Shown here: positions 23,201-30,576 of the stretch, in pieces | Position numbering within the stretch: the stretch's first letter is position 1 | Layout: every line of letters begins with the position of its first letter | IMG/VR virus record: IMGVR_UViG_3300021375_000013 | Coordinates: 1 to 64,000 of that record | Length of the DNA: 64,000 nucleotides | DNA from: a virus | Reading direction: 5' to 3' (one strand) | Notes under the pieces: generated by a model | Database searches by the model: none | The model's input: only the letters and a program-made list of their open reading frames with translations | What the model was told of the DNA's origin: nothing | Program-made: the position numbers and the translations under genes

Positions 23201-26200
23201 TAAGTTTACTGGTTCACTTAATATTAGTGGAAGTGTAACTATACCATCTGGAAGTGGATTCTTTAGTGGTAGTGGTGAGGGATTATTTAATATTCCAGCA
23301 GATGCAATTGAAGGATTAGACCAAAGTAGAATTCTTAGTGGTTCGGTAACCGCATCTACAACTCCTGATGATGGGTTTGTAGTACGTTCTGTTTCTAGTG
23401 GTTCAACGTTCTTTGGTGATGTTGATTTTAAAAACGATATTAGTGCATCTAAGATTCACGCTAGAACTGAAGTATTCTCACCAAGAATTACATCATCATT
23501 TGTAGGTTCATATCAGGGTGAAAATGTTGGTATAGATGTACCTGATGATTTAGATATTTTAGTATTTGATGCAGATGCAAACAAATTTAGACCTGTAACA
23601 CAATTTGGTGATACTGCTGTATTCCCATTCTCTGATGTAACTCAAGTAACATTCCAACACAATTTTGGAATTGATTATCCAGTAGTTCAAATTTATGAAA
23701 CTGGTTCAAATGGACAGATTATTCCACAAGCAATCGAATCAATCAATAGTTCATCGGTTAGAGTAACATTTAGTGGATTGACAAGTGGACAAGCAGTAAT
23801 TGGTACTGGTGGTAGATTGGCAGGATTTGTACAAGGTAGTGATGTAGTAGGTTCAGTAGTATCAGCATCATATGCAGATTTTGCTAAAAACGCAGATACT
23901 GCATCAACGTTAGTAGGATTTGATTCAGCATCACTTGCTGAACTTGGAAACTTATCTGAATATATAAAGAATAACCAAACTGCATCTATGACAGTTCTTT
24001 CAGCATCATATGCTGAAACTGCTTCATTCGCTGTAAACGCTGGTGATTTTAATACTTCTAATTTTGTAAGAACTGACCAGACGGCATCAATGACTGTACT
24101 TTCAGCATCATACGCTGAATCAGCATCTTATGCTATAAACGCTGTATCAGCTGAAGATTATGTAAGAAATAATCAAACCGCATCGATGACTGTACTTTCA
24201 GCATCTTATGCAGCAACTGCATCATTCGCTCTAAATGCTGGTGATTTTGTTGGAGAAAATTTCTTACCAAATAATGGTACTGGTTCATTTGTTGGAAGAT
24301 TTGAAGTAAGTGGTAGTTTAGTAGTAACGGGAAGTACTGAGTTAATAGGATTAGAAACAGGTAGTTCAGATACGGTATTAGTATTAAATGAAACTACAAA
24401 TAGAATAGAAAAAAGAGATGTAACTGCTGTAAGTGGTACATCTGGTACTGGTGGTACTTCTGGAACGTCTGGTTCTGGTGGTTCAAGTGGTTCTTCTGGT
24501 ACAAGTGGGACAAGTGGAAGTAGTGGAACGTCTGGTTCAAGTGGAACAAGTGGAACGAGTGGAAGTAGTGGAACTTCAGGTTCGTCTGGAACAACTGGAA
24601 CAAGCGGTAGTTCTGGTACAAGTGGGACAAGTGGAAGTAGTGGTACTTCAGGTTCAGCTGGTTCATCTGGAACAAGTGGAACGAGTGGAAGTAGTGGAAC
24701 TTCTGGAACAAGTGGTACATCAGGTTCATCGGGTTCATCCGGCTCAAGTGGTTCAAGTGGAACATCTGGTACTGGTGGTTCTTCTGGAAGTAGTGGTACA
24801 TCGGGTTCTTCTGGAACAAGTGGAAGCAGTGGAAGTAGTGGAACAAGCGGAACTTCTGGTTCCTCAGGTTCATCTGGTTCATCTGGTACATCTGGGACAA
24901 GTGGTTCGACTGGTACTGCTGGTAGAGAAGGTGGTAGATTATTTATTGTACAAAACTCAGGATTTAATTATTCTTTCTCTGGTTATACTGGAGATTTCCC
25001 AACACTAACTTTGGTTAGAGGTGAATTGTTCTATTTTGATGTTAGTAACGTACAATCATCTCATCCATTTGCATTAAGATTAGCTAGTGAAAATACAAAT
25101 GTAGTTGCAGGTACAACGAATAATGACCCAGCAAATGGAAATCATTCAACATCAACATTAATAATATATAGAGTACCTGAAGATGCACCTGATAGTATAG
25201 TTTATCAATGTGCTTCTCATGCTTCAATGATTGGTACTATTGAAATAGTAGATAAGTACGGAACTTCTGGAACAAGTGGTTCATCAGGTTCTTCTGGTTC
25301 ATCTGGAACTGGAGGTTCATCTGGTTCAAGTGGTTCATCTGGTTCAAGCGGAACTTCTGGTTCTTCTGGAACAAGCGGAAGTAGTGGTTCTTCTGGTAGT
25401 GGAGGTACATCAGGTTCGTCTGGTTCAAGTGGAAGTAGTGGAAGTAGTGGTTCTTCTGGTACATCAGGTTCTTCTGGTACGAGTGGTACATCTGGAACAA
25501 GCGGAAGTAGTGGTTCTTCTGGTAGTTCTGGTTCAAGTGGAAGTAGTGGTTCTTCCGGCTCAAGTGGAACAAGTGGAGCTGATGGTGAAGAAGGTTCATC
25601 AGGTTCAGCTGGTACGTCTGGGACAAGTGGTAGTTCTGGTAGTAGTGGTTCAACTGGTACGAATGGTACGAGTGGAACTTCTGGTACAAGCGGAACAAGT
25701 GGAGAAAGAGGTAGTAGTGGTTCAGCTGGTACTTCAGGTACTTCTGGTACAAACGGAACATCGGGTTCTTCTGGAACGAGTGGAAGTAGTGGTACTTCGG
25801 GTACAAGTGGAACAAGTGGAACAAGTGGAACTTCTGGAACAAGTGGTACGTCTGGTAGTGGTGGAACCGCTGGTACTTCTGGTTCGAGTGGAACAACTGG
25901 AACCTCAGGTTCATCTGGAACTTCTGGTTCATCAGGTACTTCTGGAACAAGCGGTACAAATGGAACATCTGGTTCAAGTGGAACATCAGGTTCTTCTGGA
26001 ACAAGTGGAACATCAGGTTCAACTGGAACAAGCGGAACTTCTGGTACATCTGGTTCTGATGGAACATCAGGTTCAGCTGGTACATCAGGTTCAGCTGGTA
26101 CATCGGGTACATCAGCTGAAGGAAGTAGTGGTACTTCTGGAACGAGTGGAAGTAGTGGAACAACTGGAACATCAGGTTCAGCAGGTACAAGTGGTACATC

Positions 26201-28442
26201 AGCTGAAGGAAGTAGTGGAACTGCTGGTACATCTGGAACAAGTGGAAGTAGTGGAACTTCTGGAACAAGCGGAACATCAGGTTCTTCTGGTACATCCGCA
26301 GAGGGAAGTAGTGGTACTTCTGGAACGAGTGGAAGTAGTGGTTCAGCTGGTACGTCTGGTACAACTGGTACATCGGGTACTTCAGCTGAAGGAAGTAGTG
26401 GTAGTAGTGGTACAAGTGGTACTGATGGTACATCAGGTTCAAGTGGAACTTCGGGCTCTTCTGGAACAACTGGTGAAGATGGTGAAGATGGTACAAGTGG
26501 TAGTTCTGGTAGTAGTGGACAAGATGGTACGTTCTTTGGTTCATCAGGTTCGTCTGGAACGAGTGGTTCAACTGGTACTGCTGGTTCATCGGGTATTAAT
26601 GGTGTAGATGGTACTGATGGTACATCAGGTACAACTGGTAGAGATGGAACTTTCTTCGGAAGTTCTGGTACAAGTGGTACAAGTGGAAGTAGTGGAAGTA
26701 GTGGTTCGGCTGGTACTTCAGGTTCAGCAGGAAGTTCTGGTACATCTGGTACAAGTGGAACAAGCGGACAAGATGGAACATTCTTTGGTAGTAGTGGTAC
26801 ATCGGGTACATCAGGTATAACTGGTACATCGGGTACAAGTGGATTAGGTTCTTCTGGTACATCTGGAACATCAGGTGTTGATGGTACATTCTTCGGAAGT
26901 AGTGGTACTTCTGGTGAAACTGGGACATCGGGTACATCTGGAGCTGGAACATCTGGAAGTAGTGGTTCTTCTGGAACAAGTGGAACAAGTGGGCAAGATG
27001 GTACATTCTTTGGTAGTAGTGGTACAACAGGTACTTCTGGTACATCTGGAGCTGGAACATCTGGAACATCTGGTTCAAGCGGAACTTCTGGTACGTCTGG
27101 TGTTGATGGAACATTCTTTGGTAGTAGTGGTTCAAGTGGAACGTCTGGAACAAGTGGATTAGGTACTGATGGTACGAGTGGTCAAAGTGGTTCTTCGGGA
27201 ACTTCTGGAACGGGTGGTTCTTCTGGTACTGGTGGTACAAGCGGACAAGATGGAACTTTCTTCGGTAGTAGTGGTACTTCAGGTACAAATGGTACAAGTG
27301 GTTCAACTGGTACTGCTGGTACGAGTGGTCAAAGTGGAACTTCAGGTTCTTCTGGTACTTCTGGTTTAGATGGAACTTTCTTTGGAAGTAGTGGTACTTC
27401 AGGTACAAATGGTACTTCGGGTATTGCAGGTTCATCTGGTACGAGTGGTATAAGTGGTTCAGCTGGTACGAGTGGTGTAAGTGGTACATCTGGTGTGGAT
27501 GGTGCAGATGGTACTTTATTTGGAAGTAGTGGTAGTAGTGGTACGAGTGGAAGTAGTGGTTCGACTGGTACTGCTGGTTCAAGTGGTATAAGTGGTACTG
27601 CTGGTACTTCTGGTTTAGATGGTACTTTATTCGGTTCATCAGGTTCTTCGGGTACATCTGGAAGTAGTGGTTCAGCTGGAACAAGTGGTTCAACAGGTTC
27701 TGCTGGTTCAAGTGGAACGGCTGGTACTTCTGGTTTAGATGGTACTTTATTTGGTTCATCAGGTTCATCTGGAACATCTGGTTCAAGTGGAAGTAGTGGA
27801 ACATCTGGTATAGGTGGTTCATCTGGTTCATCGGGTACTTCTGGTTTAGATGGTACTTTATTTGGAAGTAGTGGTACATCTGGAGATACAGGTACTGCAG
27901 GTTCTTCTGGTTCATCGGGTACATCTGGAAGTAGTGGTTCTTCAGGTTCGTCTGGTTCAAGTGGATTCTTATCAGTTGATAATGATGGTACTGATAGAGT
28001 TCTTACTATGGATGGTGATGGAACTGCAACTGCGGAATCTAACTTAACCTTTAATGGAACATTATTAGATATAACTGGTGATTTAGATGTAAGTGATGCT
28101 ACATTCTCTACAAGATTCCACGAGAATTATAGTAACATAGGAAATTCATCTGGTGGTACAACAATAGATTTATCAACGGCTAATAATTTTAGAATTGATA
28201 GAACTGGTAGTATAACAATTTCTCTTTCAAATGCACCAACAGGTCCTCGTGCGATTGGATTTACATTATTGTTAGAGGATAGTAGTGGTGGTACAGCAAC
28301 TGTAAACTGGCCAGCATCAATACAATGGGCAAATGGAGCAGCACCAACACTAACGGCTGGTGGAAAAGATATATTAGTATTCTATACTTATGATGGGGGG
28401 AGTACTTATTATGGATTCCTAAGTGCCAACAACATAAGTTAA
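17268..28442 (+). CDS. Giant (3724 aa) tail/fibre protein with collagen-like Gly-X-Y region and cupredoxin-like domains
   Basis: About 20 FSGSGE.LFNIP.SAL repeats, GDGS.LTN fibre motifs, ~1060 aa of G-S/T-S repeats, and a C-terminal TIDLS..N.F...W.NG.APTLT..DIL.F fibre-end domain. Confidence 0.85.
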   Translation: MSQLLSGKVKVVRPSDVSEDRYEYLRLNEAEPNLGVPESGSLSSGSIALVASDAEGNRLFVTTLQLEQVTGSFSGSFAGDGSQLNNLPEAVRLISGSASASIAPNIGFLVNVSSSFDGDVDVTGDVRVSGDLIVDNRIVARELIVEIISSSIIFSSGSNRFGELSTDKQEFTGSVEVTGSLDVFGDTTISGSTFVSGNVQLTSGSAFSGSGENLFNIPKSALTDDALLSNLITTGSVTASVSPDGVFKVFGTGSVTTELSGSLFVSGNVQLISGSAFSGSGENLFNIPKSALTDDALLSNLITTGSVTASVSQDGFFRVFGTGSVTTELSGSLLVSGNVNLNSGSSFSGSGENLFNIPRSALTEDALETNLIISGAVTASVSPDTGFVVNSLDSGSTFTGSVFLSSGSFFSGSGENLFNIPLSALAEEVEVSTKIQSGNVTASVSDEDGFVVKSEASGSTFTGSLRLSTGGIFSGSGAELFDIPRSALTEDALITNNIRSGSVTASVSPNFGFVVESEQSGSTFSGSLFISGGIEINSGSSFSGSGENLFNIPRTALTDDALISNLISTGSVTASVSTDGFFRVQSTGSVTTELSGSVFVSGAVQLNSGSKYSGSGEDLFDIPFSALSNDAQEAIEALVTREAVFIASGSITASTENNQFKVTSEESGSLFLGTIEIPTSSGFFSGSGEGLSNIPRSALVEDALLSNLITTGSVSASVSTAGIFKVFGTGSVKSEFSGSVSISESLDVPKIIADEFTGSFSGSFAGDGSQLNNIPQSALSEDASQISSGSATASISPNLGFVVNTSSSIEGDLSVSGRITAEEIFVNFISSSIIYSSGSNIFGDDSNTDTQKLFGETQILGNVTASGLISSSGFVGDGSELFNIPQSALSDNSPLIASGAVTASTENDIFRVISAGSGSIFTGSVEISGSVTLTSGSFFSGSGENLFNIPQSALSEDSPRISSGSVSASISPNLGLIVNTSASIDGDVDVTGTVSASIFSGSGESLFNIPLSAITEEAFRIVSGSVTASVDPNRGFEVNSTGRFDGGVTTSGSLIVSASTSWGPDNLEKIVKVIGTDDGNKYEIDGKRQPLLYLVSGSTYTFNQSDSTNATHEIRFSTTDNGTHAGGVPFTGSVDTGSIDAGTNGSQVTIAINFDTPNTLYYYCLNHSGMGGEIRKVLSYPISETIINDTVIVTGSIFTSGSITTTGDIDTNIVRGTQFSGSFSGSGRDLFDIPLSALAEDVEELSFIASGSVTASTDPEFGFKVNTTSSIEGDLNVTGGLYVSTSLTQLETLPVTQSVTIGENGFTINGNLKQPLKFLNGVTYHFDISDSSNLNNTIKLSQTIDGSHNAGAEYTTGVTTSGTAGNSGAFVKLQVTNSTPKRLYYYSIPSASYGSSIKILEEVPTISQNIINGNTEITGTLDVSSISSAEKISSPFITSSYLTSSVIDFVTGENTFPTQPGRLKWNETDGTLDLGMSGGSASLQIGQELYYPKVVNKAGENLINGTLVMVDPNNPAQGNRIRVIKSISDGTYDSDLLIGVLTENIDNNQEGFATWFGMVRDVKVNLLEDAGLKYTGSTWSEGDMLYPDPQRAGGMTNVQPEAPNLKSTIALVERVNGNKVQLLVRPQLGNHLEDLHDVQIVSASNNDIIVFSSSSNRFENRSDNLVLSGSFSGSYSGFYQGIFSGDGSQLQNVEAAAAPLISSGSATASVASGDTFVVTAPDSGSVFTGSIVTSGSITVGGGGIFSGDGSGLTNIDIANLSLNVTQLSSGSATASLEFNEFKVFDKGITASVDSSFSGSVNISESLDVGGIISGDGSGITNIDIANLAIDSSKIFTGSVTASVDPDGFFRVENLDSNINSGSVKVEISGSLEVSQSITASLYRGDGGGLFNIPLDAIEDLELDRIVSGSATASISPNKGLVVNNQISGTLFVGDGGGLFNIPAEALEDLSLPLIISGGVSASVEPNRGFEVYSPEFGSKFTGSLNISGSVTIPSGSGFFSGSGEGLFNIPADAIEGLDQSRILSGSVTASTTPDDGFVVRSVSSGSTFFGDVDFKNDISASKIHARTEVFSPRITSSFVGSYQGENVGIDVPDDLDILVFDADANKFRPVTQFGDTAVFPFSDVTQVTFQHNFGIDYPVVQIYETGSNGQIIPQAIESINSSSVRVTFSGLTSGQAVIGTGGRLAGFVQGSDVVGSVVSASYADFAKNADTASTLVGFDSASLAELGNLSEYIKNNQTASMTVLSASYAETASFAVNAGDFNTSNFVRTDQTASMTVLSASYAESASYAINAVSAEDYVRNNQTASMTVLSASYAATASFALNAGDFVGENFLPNNGTGSFVGRFEVSGSLVVTGSTELIGLETGSSDTVLVLNETTNRIEKRDVTAVSGTSGTGGTSGTSGSGGSSGSSGTSGTSGSSGTSGSSGTSGTSGSSGTSGSSGTTGTSGSSGTSGTSGSSGTSGSAGSSGTSGTSGSSGTSGTSGTSGSSGSSGSSGSSGTSGTGGSSGSSGTSGSSGTSGSSGSSGTSGTSGSSGSSGSSGTSGTSGSTGTAGREGGRLFIVQNSGFNYSFSGYTGDFPTLTLVRGELFYFDVSNVQSSHPFALRLASENTNVVAGTTNNDPANGNHSTSTLIIYRVPEDAPDSIVYQCASHASMIGTIEIVDKYGTSGTSGSSGSSGSSGTGGSSGSSGSSGSSGTSGSSGTSGSSGSSGSGGTSGSSGSSGSSGSSGSSGTSGSSGTSGTSGTSGSSGSSGSSGSSGSSGSSGSSGTSGADGEEGSSGSAGTSGTSGSSGSSGSTGTNGTSGTSGTSGTSGERGSSGSAGTSGTSGTNGTSGSSGTSGSSGTSGTSGTSGTSGTSGTSGTSGSGGTAGTSGSSGTTGTSGSSGTSGSSGTSGTSGTNGTSGSSGTSGSSGTSGTSGSTGTSGTSGTSGSDGTSGSAGTSGSAGTSGTSAEGSSGTSGTSGSSGTTGTSGSAGTSGTSAEGSSGTAGTSGTSGSSGTSGTSGTSGSSGTSAEGSSGTSGTSGSSGSAGTSGTTGTSGTSAEGSSGSSGTSGTDGTSGSSGTSGSSGTTGEDGEDGTSGSSGSSGQDGTFFGSSGSSGTSGSTGTAGSSGINGVDGTDGTSGTTGRDGTFFGSSGTSGTSGSSGSSGSAGTSGSAGSSGTSGTSGTSGQDGTFFGSSGTSGTSGITGTSGTSGLGSSGTSGTSGVDGTFFGSSGTSGETGTSGTSGAGTSGSSGSSGTSGTSGQDGTFFGSSGTTGTSGTSGAGTSGTSGSSGTSGTSGVDGTFFGSSGSSGTSGTSGLGTDGTSGQSGSSGTSGTGGSSGTGGTSGQDGTFFGSSGTSGTNGTSGSTGTAGTSGQSGTSGSSGTSGLDGTFFGSSGTSGTNGTSGIAGSSGTSGISGSAGTSGVSGTSGVDGADGTLFGSSGSSGTSGSSGSTGTAGSSGISGTAGTSGLDGTLFGSSGSSGTSGSSGSAGTSGSTGSAGSSGTAGTSGLDGTLFGSSGSSGTSGSSGSSGTSGIGGSSGSSGTSGLDGTLFGSSGTSGDTGTAGSSGSSGTSGSSGSSGSSGSSGFLSVDNDGTDRVLTMDGDGTATAESNLTFNGTLLDITGDLDVSDATFSTRFHENYSNIGNSSGGTTIDLSTANNFRIDRTGSITISLSNAPTGPRAIGFTLLLEDSSGGTATVNWPASIQWANGAAPTLTAGGKDILVFYTYDGGSTYYGFLSANNIS
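17500..23400 (+). repeat. About 20 copies of a 55-75 aa repeat (F.G.G..LFNIP.SAL..DA..I.SGSVTAS......GF.V.....S.F.GS)
   Basis: Counted in the translation; the copies at ~17888 and ~18098 are near-identical DNA with a 210-nt period. Confidence 0.85.
24432..27965 (+). repeat. Low-complexity Gly-(Ser/Thr)-Ser triplet repeat, interrupted at ~24930-25259 by a cupredoxin-like domain
   Basis: GTSGSS tandem repeats in the translation; 12 DGT(F/L)FG punctuation motifs in the distal part. Confidence 0.95.
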
Positions 28443-28455
28443 TGAGTTATGAATT

Positions 28456-29379
28456 ATGAGTATAGCAAGAAGATTATTATCAATAGAAGCAGGACAAGTG
28501 AGACCTTTTAAATTTACAATACAAACAACATCAGTAAACACTCAATTTGAGTTACCTATTACTGCGCCAGGTGGAAAACAACCTAACATAACAGTAAGTT
28601 GGGGTGATAGTAGTAGTGATTCTGTAATTACATCAGCAACATCATCTGATAGATTTCATACATATTCAACTGCTGGTAGTTATCAAATTATAGTTAGTGG
28701 ATATTGTCCAGGTTTTAGTGTTGGTAATAACCCATCATACAAAAACTTATACAAATCAGTTGATGATTGGGGAGTAGTTCAGTTTGAAGAGATTGATTTT
28801 TATGGATGTATTAACTTAACTACTATTCCAGCGGATGTTTCTAATAATGCAACATTAAACGATGGATTAAATACTGTATTAAGATTTAACTCTACATTTA
28901 GACAAACGGGAATAACAATAATTCCATCTGGTCTATTTGATTATTCATCAAATGTAACTTCATTCGTTAACACATTCGTATTTTGTCAAGGATTAACATC
29001 AATACCATCTGGTTTGTTTGATAACAATACAAATGTAACATCATTTTCAGGTACATTTAACGCATTGTTAAATTTAACATCAATACCAACAAATTTGTTT
29101 GATAATAACCCATTGGTAGTAAACTTTGAATCAGTATTTAGAAACTGTAGAAAGGTGGCTGGAATTCCATCTAACTTCTTTACTAATAATCAGCAAGTAA
29201 CTACATTTGCTAATGCATTTAATATGGCAACAACATCAAACTTATTAACTGGTGTAACTCCAACTGATTCAAATGGTGATGAGATTTTTGAAAGAACATC
29301 AAATCCAATTGGTACTGATTGTTTTGCTTTTTGTAGTGGTTTAACTAATTTTGGTTCAATACCAGCAACATTTAAATAA
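28456..29379 (+). CDS. Leucine-rich-repeat (BspA/DUF285-like) protein with N-terminal PKD-like domain; probable fibre-tip adhesin
   Basis: Repeats LTSIPSGLFDNNTNVTSFSGTF; N-term TVSWGD...HTYSTAGSY.I.VSG; directly follows the fibre gene. Confidence 0.7.
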   Translation: MSIARRLLSIEAGQVRPFKFTIQTTSVNTQFELPITAPGGKQPNITVSWGDSSSDSVITSATSSDRFHTYSTAGSYQIIVSGYCPGFSVGNNPSYKNLYKSVDDWGVVQFEEIDFYGCINLTTIPADVSNNATLNDGLNTVLRFNSTFRQTGITIIPSGLFDYSSNVTSFVNTFVFCQGLTSIPSGLFDNNTNVTSFSGTFNALLNLTSIPTNLFDNNPLVVNFESVFRNCRKVAGIPSNFFTNNQQVTTFANAFNMATTSNLLTGVTPTDSNGDEIFERTSNPIGTDCFAFCSGLTNFGSIPATFK

Positions 29380-29385
29380 AAAGAT

Positions 29386-29844
29386 ATGTACTTAAAAGTT
29401 TCAGGTTCAACAATAATTTATCCATATTCTATTCAAATATTAAAGAATGAGAATCCTACCATTAGTTTTCCAACAACTATAAGTAATGATTTACTACAAT
29501 CATACAATGTGTATCCAGTTGAGTTGAAAAGTAGTGGGTACGATACTGATGATACAAAAGATGTAACTGAAGTTACACCTACTTTATCTGGTTCGGTTTA
29601 TATACAAACATATGAAATAACTGATGCGGATACTGAAACAATAAACAAAAGAAAGGAAATCAAATGGTCAGAAATAAGAAGTACAAGAAATACTTTATTA
29701 TCGGAATCAGATTGGACACAATTTCAAGATTCGCCAATAACAGGTTCATCATTAACGGATTGGCAAACTTACAGACAATCTTTAAGAGATGTAACAACAC
29801 AATCAGACCCATACGATATTACTTGGCCAAACAAACCTTCTTAG
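29386..29844 (+). CDS. Tail fibre assembly chaperone
   Basis: C-terminal W..IR..RN.LL.ESDWTQ..D.P......WQ.YRQ.LRD.......I.WP.KP signature of the phage tail assembly chaperone family. Confidence 0.85.
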   Translation: MYLKVSGSTIIYPYSIQILKNENPTISFPTTISNDLLQSYNVYPVELKSSGYDTDDTKDVTEVTPTLSGSVYIQTYEITDADTETINKRKEIKWSEIRSTRNTLLSESDWTQFQDSPITGSSLTDWQTYRQSLRDVTTQSDPYDITWPNKPS

Positions 29845-29865
29845 AAGTTAAAAGATATTTATTTA

Positions 29866-29874
29866 ATATTTATA
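29866..29874 (+). promoter_or_regulatory. Putative late promoter motif ATATTTATA
   Basis: Intergenic copy upstream of 29897; a variant ATATTTATT lies at 29855. Confidence 0.55.
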
Positions 29875-29896
29875 TCAAAGAAAAGGTAATTATCAT

Positions 29897-30229
29897 ATGA
29901 GAATAGACCAACCCAGTTTTTCCGGTTCGATTACACAAGCTCCATCGGCATATGCTGATTTGAGTGGTTCGTTTACTGGTTCATTTACTGGTTCACTTAG
30001 TGGTTCATTTATTGGAGATATTACAGTTGAACAAGCTGAATTTACTAATTTAACTGTAAAACAAACATTAAACGTTGGTACACAAAATACCGATGGTGGT
30101 GTAAATATTATTAATAGTGGTTCAGTTCAAATAAGTGGTTCAATAAATGTAACAAATGGAAACGCATTTACAGTTGAAGGTGTAGATGTATTGGATTCAG
30201 CGTTGGCATTTTCAATAGCATTAGGATAA
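29897..30229 (+). CDS. Small virion protein ending in ALAFSIALG
   Basis: SGSFTGSF repeats shared with the fibres; the C-terminal A.(A/S)IALG motif is common in phage fibre-associated proteins. Confidence 0.75.
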   Translation: MRIDQPSFSGSITQAPSAYADLSGSFTGSFTGSLSGSFIGDITVEQAEFTNLTVKQTLNVGTQNTDGGVNIINSGSVQISGSINVTNGNAFTVEGVDVLDSALAFSIALG

Positions 30230-30233
30230 AGAT

Positions 30234-30566
30234 ATGGCAAATGTATTTAAAAATAGTATAAAAGGACCTGCAGGAACAGGTGGTTTGGGTGTTTACACAA
30301 CACCAGCTGCTACAGCAACTACTGTTATTGGTGTAAATGTAGCTAATATTATATCTACAAATATTTATGTAGATGTACAAATAACCGATAGTTCTGCTGG
30401 AGTTACTAAATATTTAGTAAAAGGGGCAGTTATCCCCAATGGTTCATCAGCAGTTTTAGTTGGTGGTGACCAAAAAGTAGTTTTGGAAGCAAGTGATTCG
30501 ATAACTGTAACATCAAATGTTGATAATTCGGCAGATGTTATTTTATCAGTATTAGAGATATCATAA
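30234..30566 (+). CDS. Small virion adaptor-type protein (MANxFK family)
   Basis: MANVFKN..VYT.PA...TTVIG..VAN...KVVLE..D.I.V....S.DV.LS.LE, a family usually found right after IALG-ending genes. Confidence 0.75.
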   Translation: MANVFKNSIKGPAGTGGLGVYTTPAATATTVIGVNVANIISTNIYVDVQITDSSAGVTKYLVKGAVIPNGSSAVLVGGDQKVVLEASDSITVTSNVDNSADVILSVLEIS

Positions 30567-30576
30567 ATAGAGGTTA

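Noticed and set aside
24432-27965. Tandem repeats as a possible CRISPR array or DGR template
   Set aside because: Repeats are in-frame coding with synonymous variation; no constant repeat with unique spacers, no reverse transcriptase, and no adenine-specific TR/VR pair seen
24394-28047. Long alternative-frame and antisense ORFs (V/L/Q-rich and H/Q/Y-rich, up to 454 aa)
   Set aside because: Shadows of the GGN-(TCN/ACN/AGT) repeat, which lacks stops in other frames; no start context
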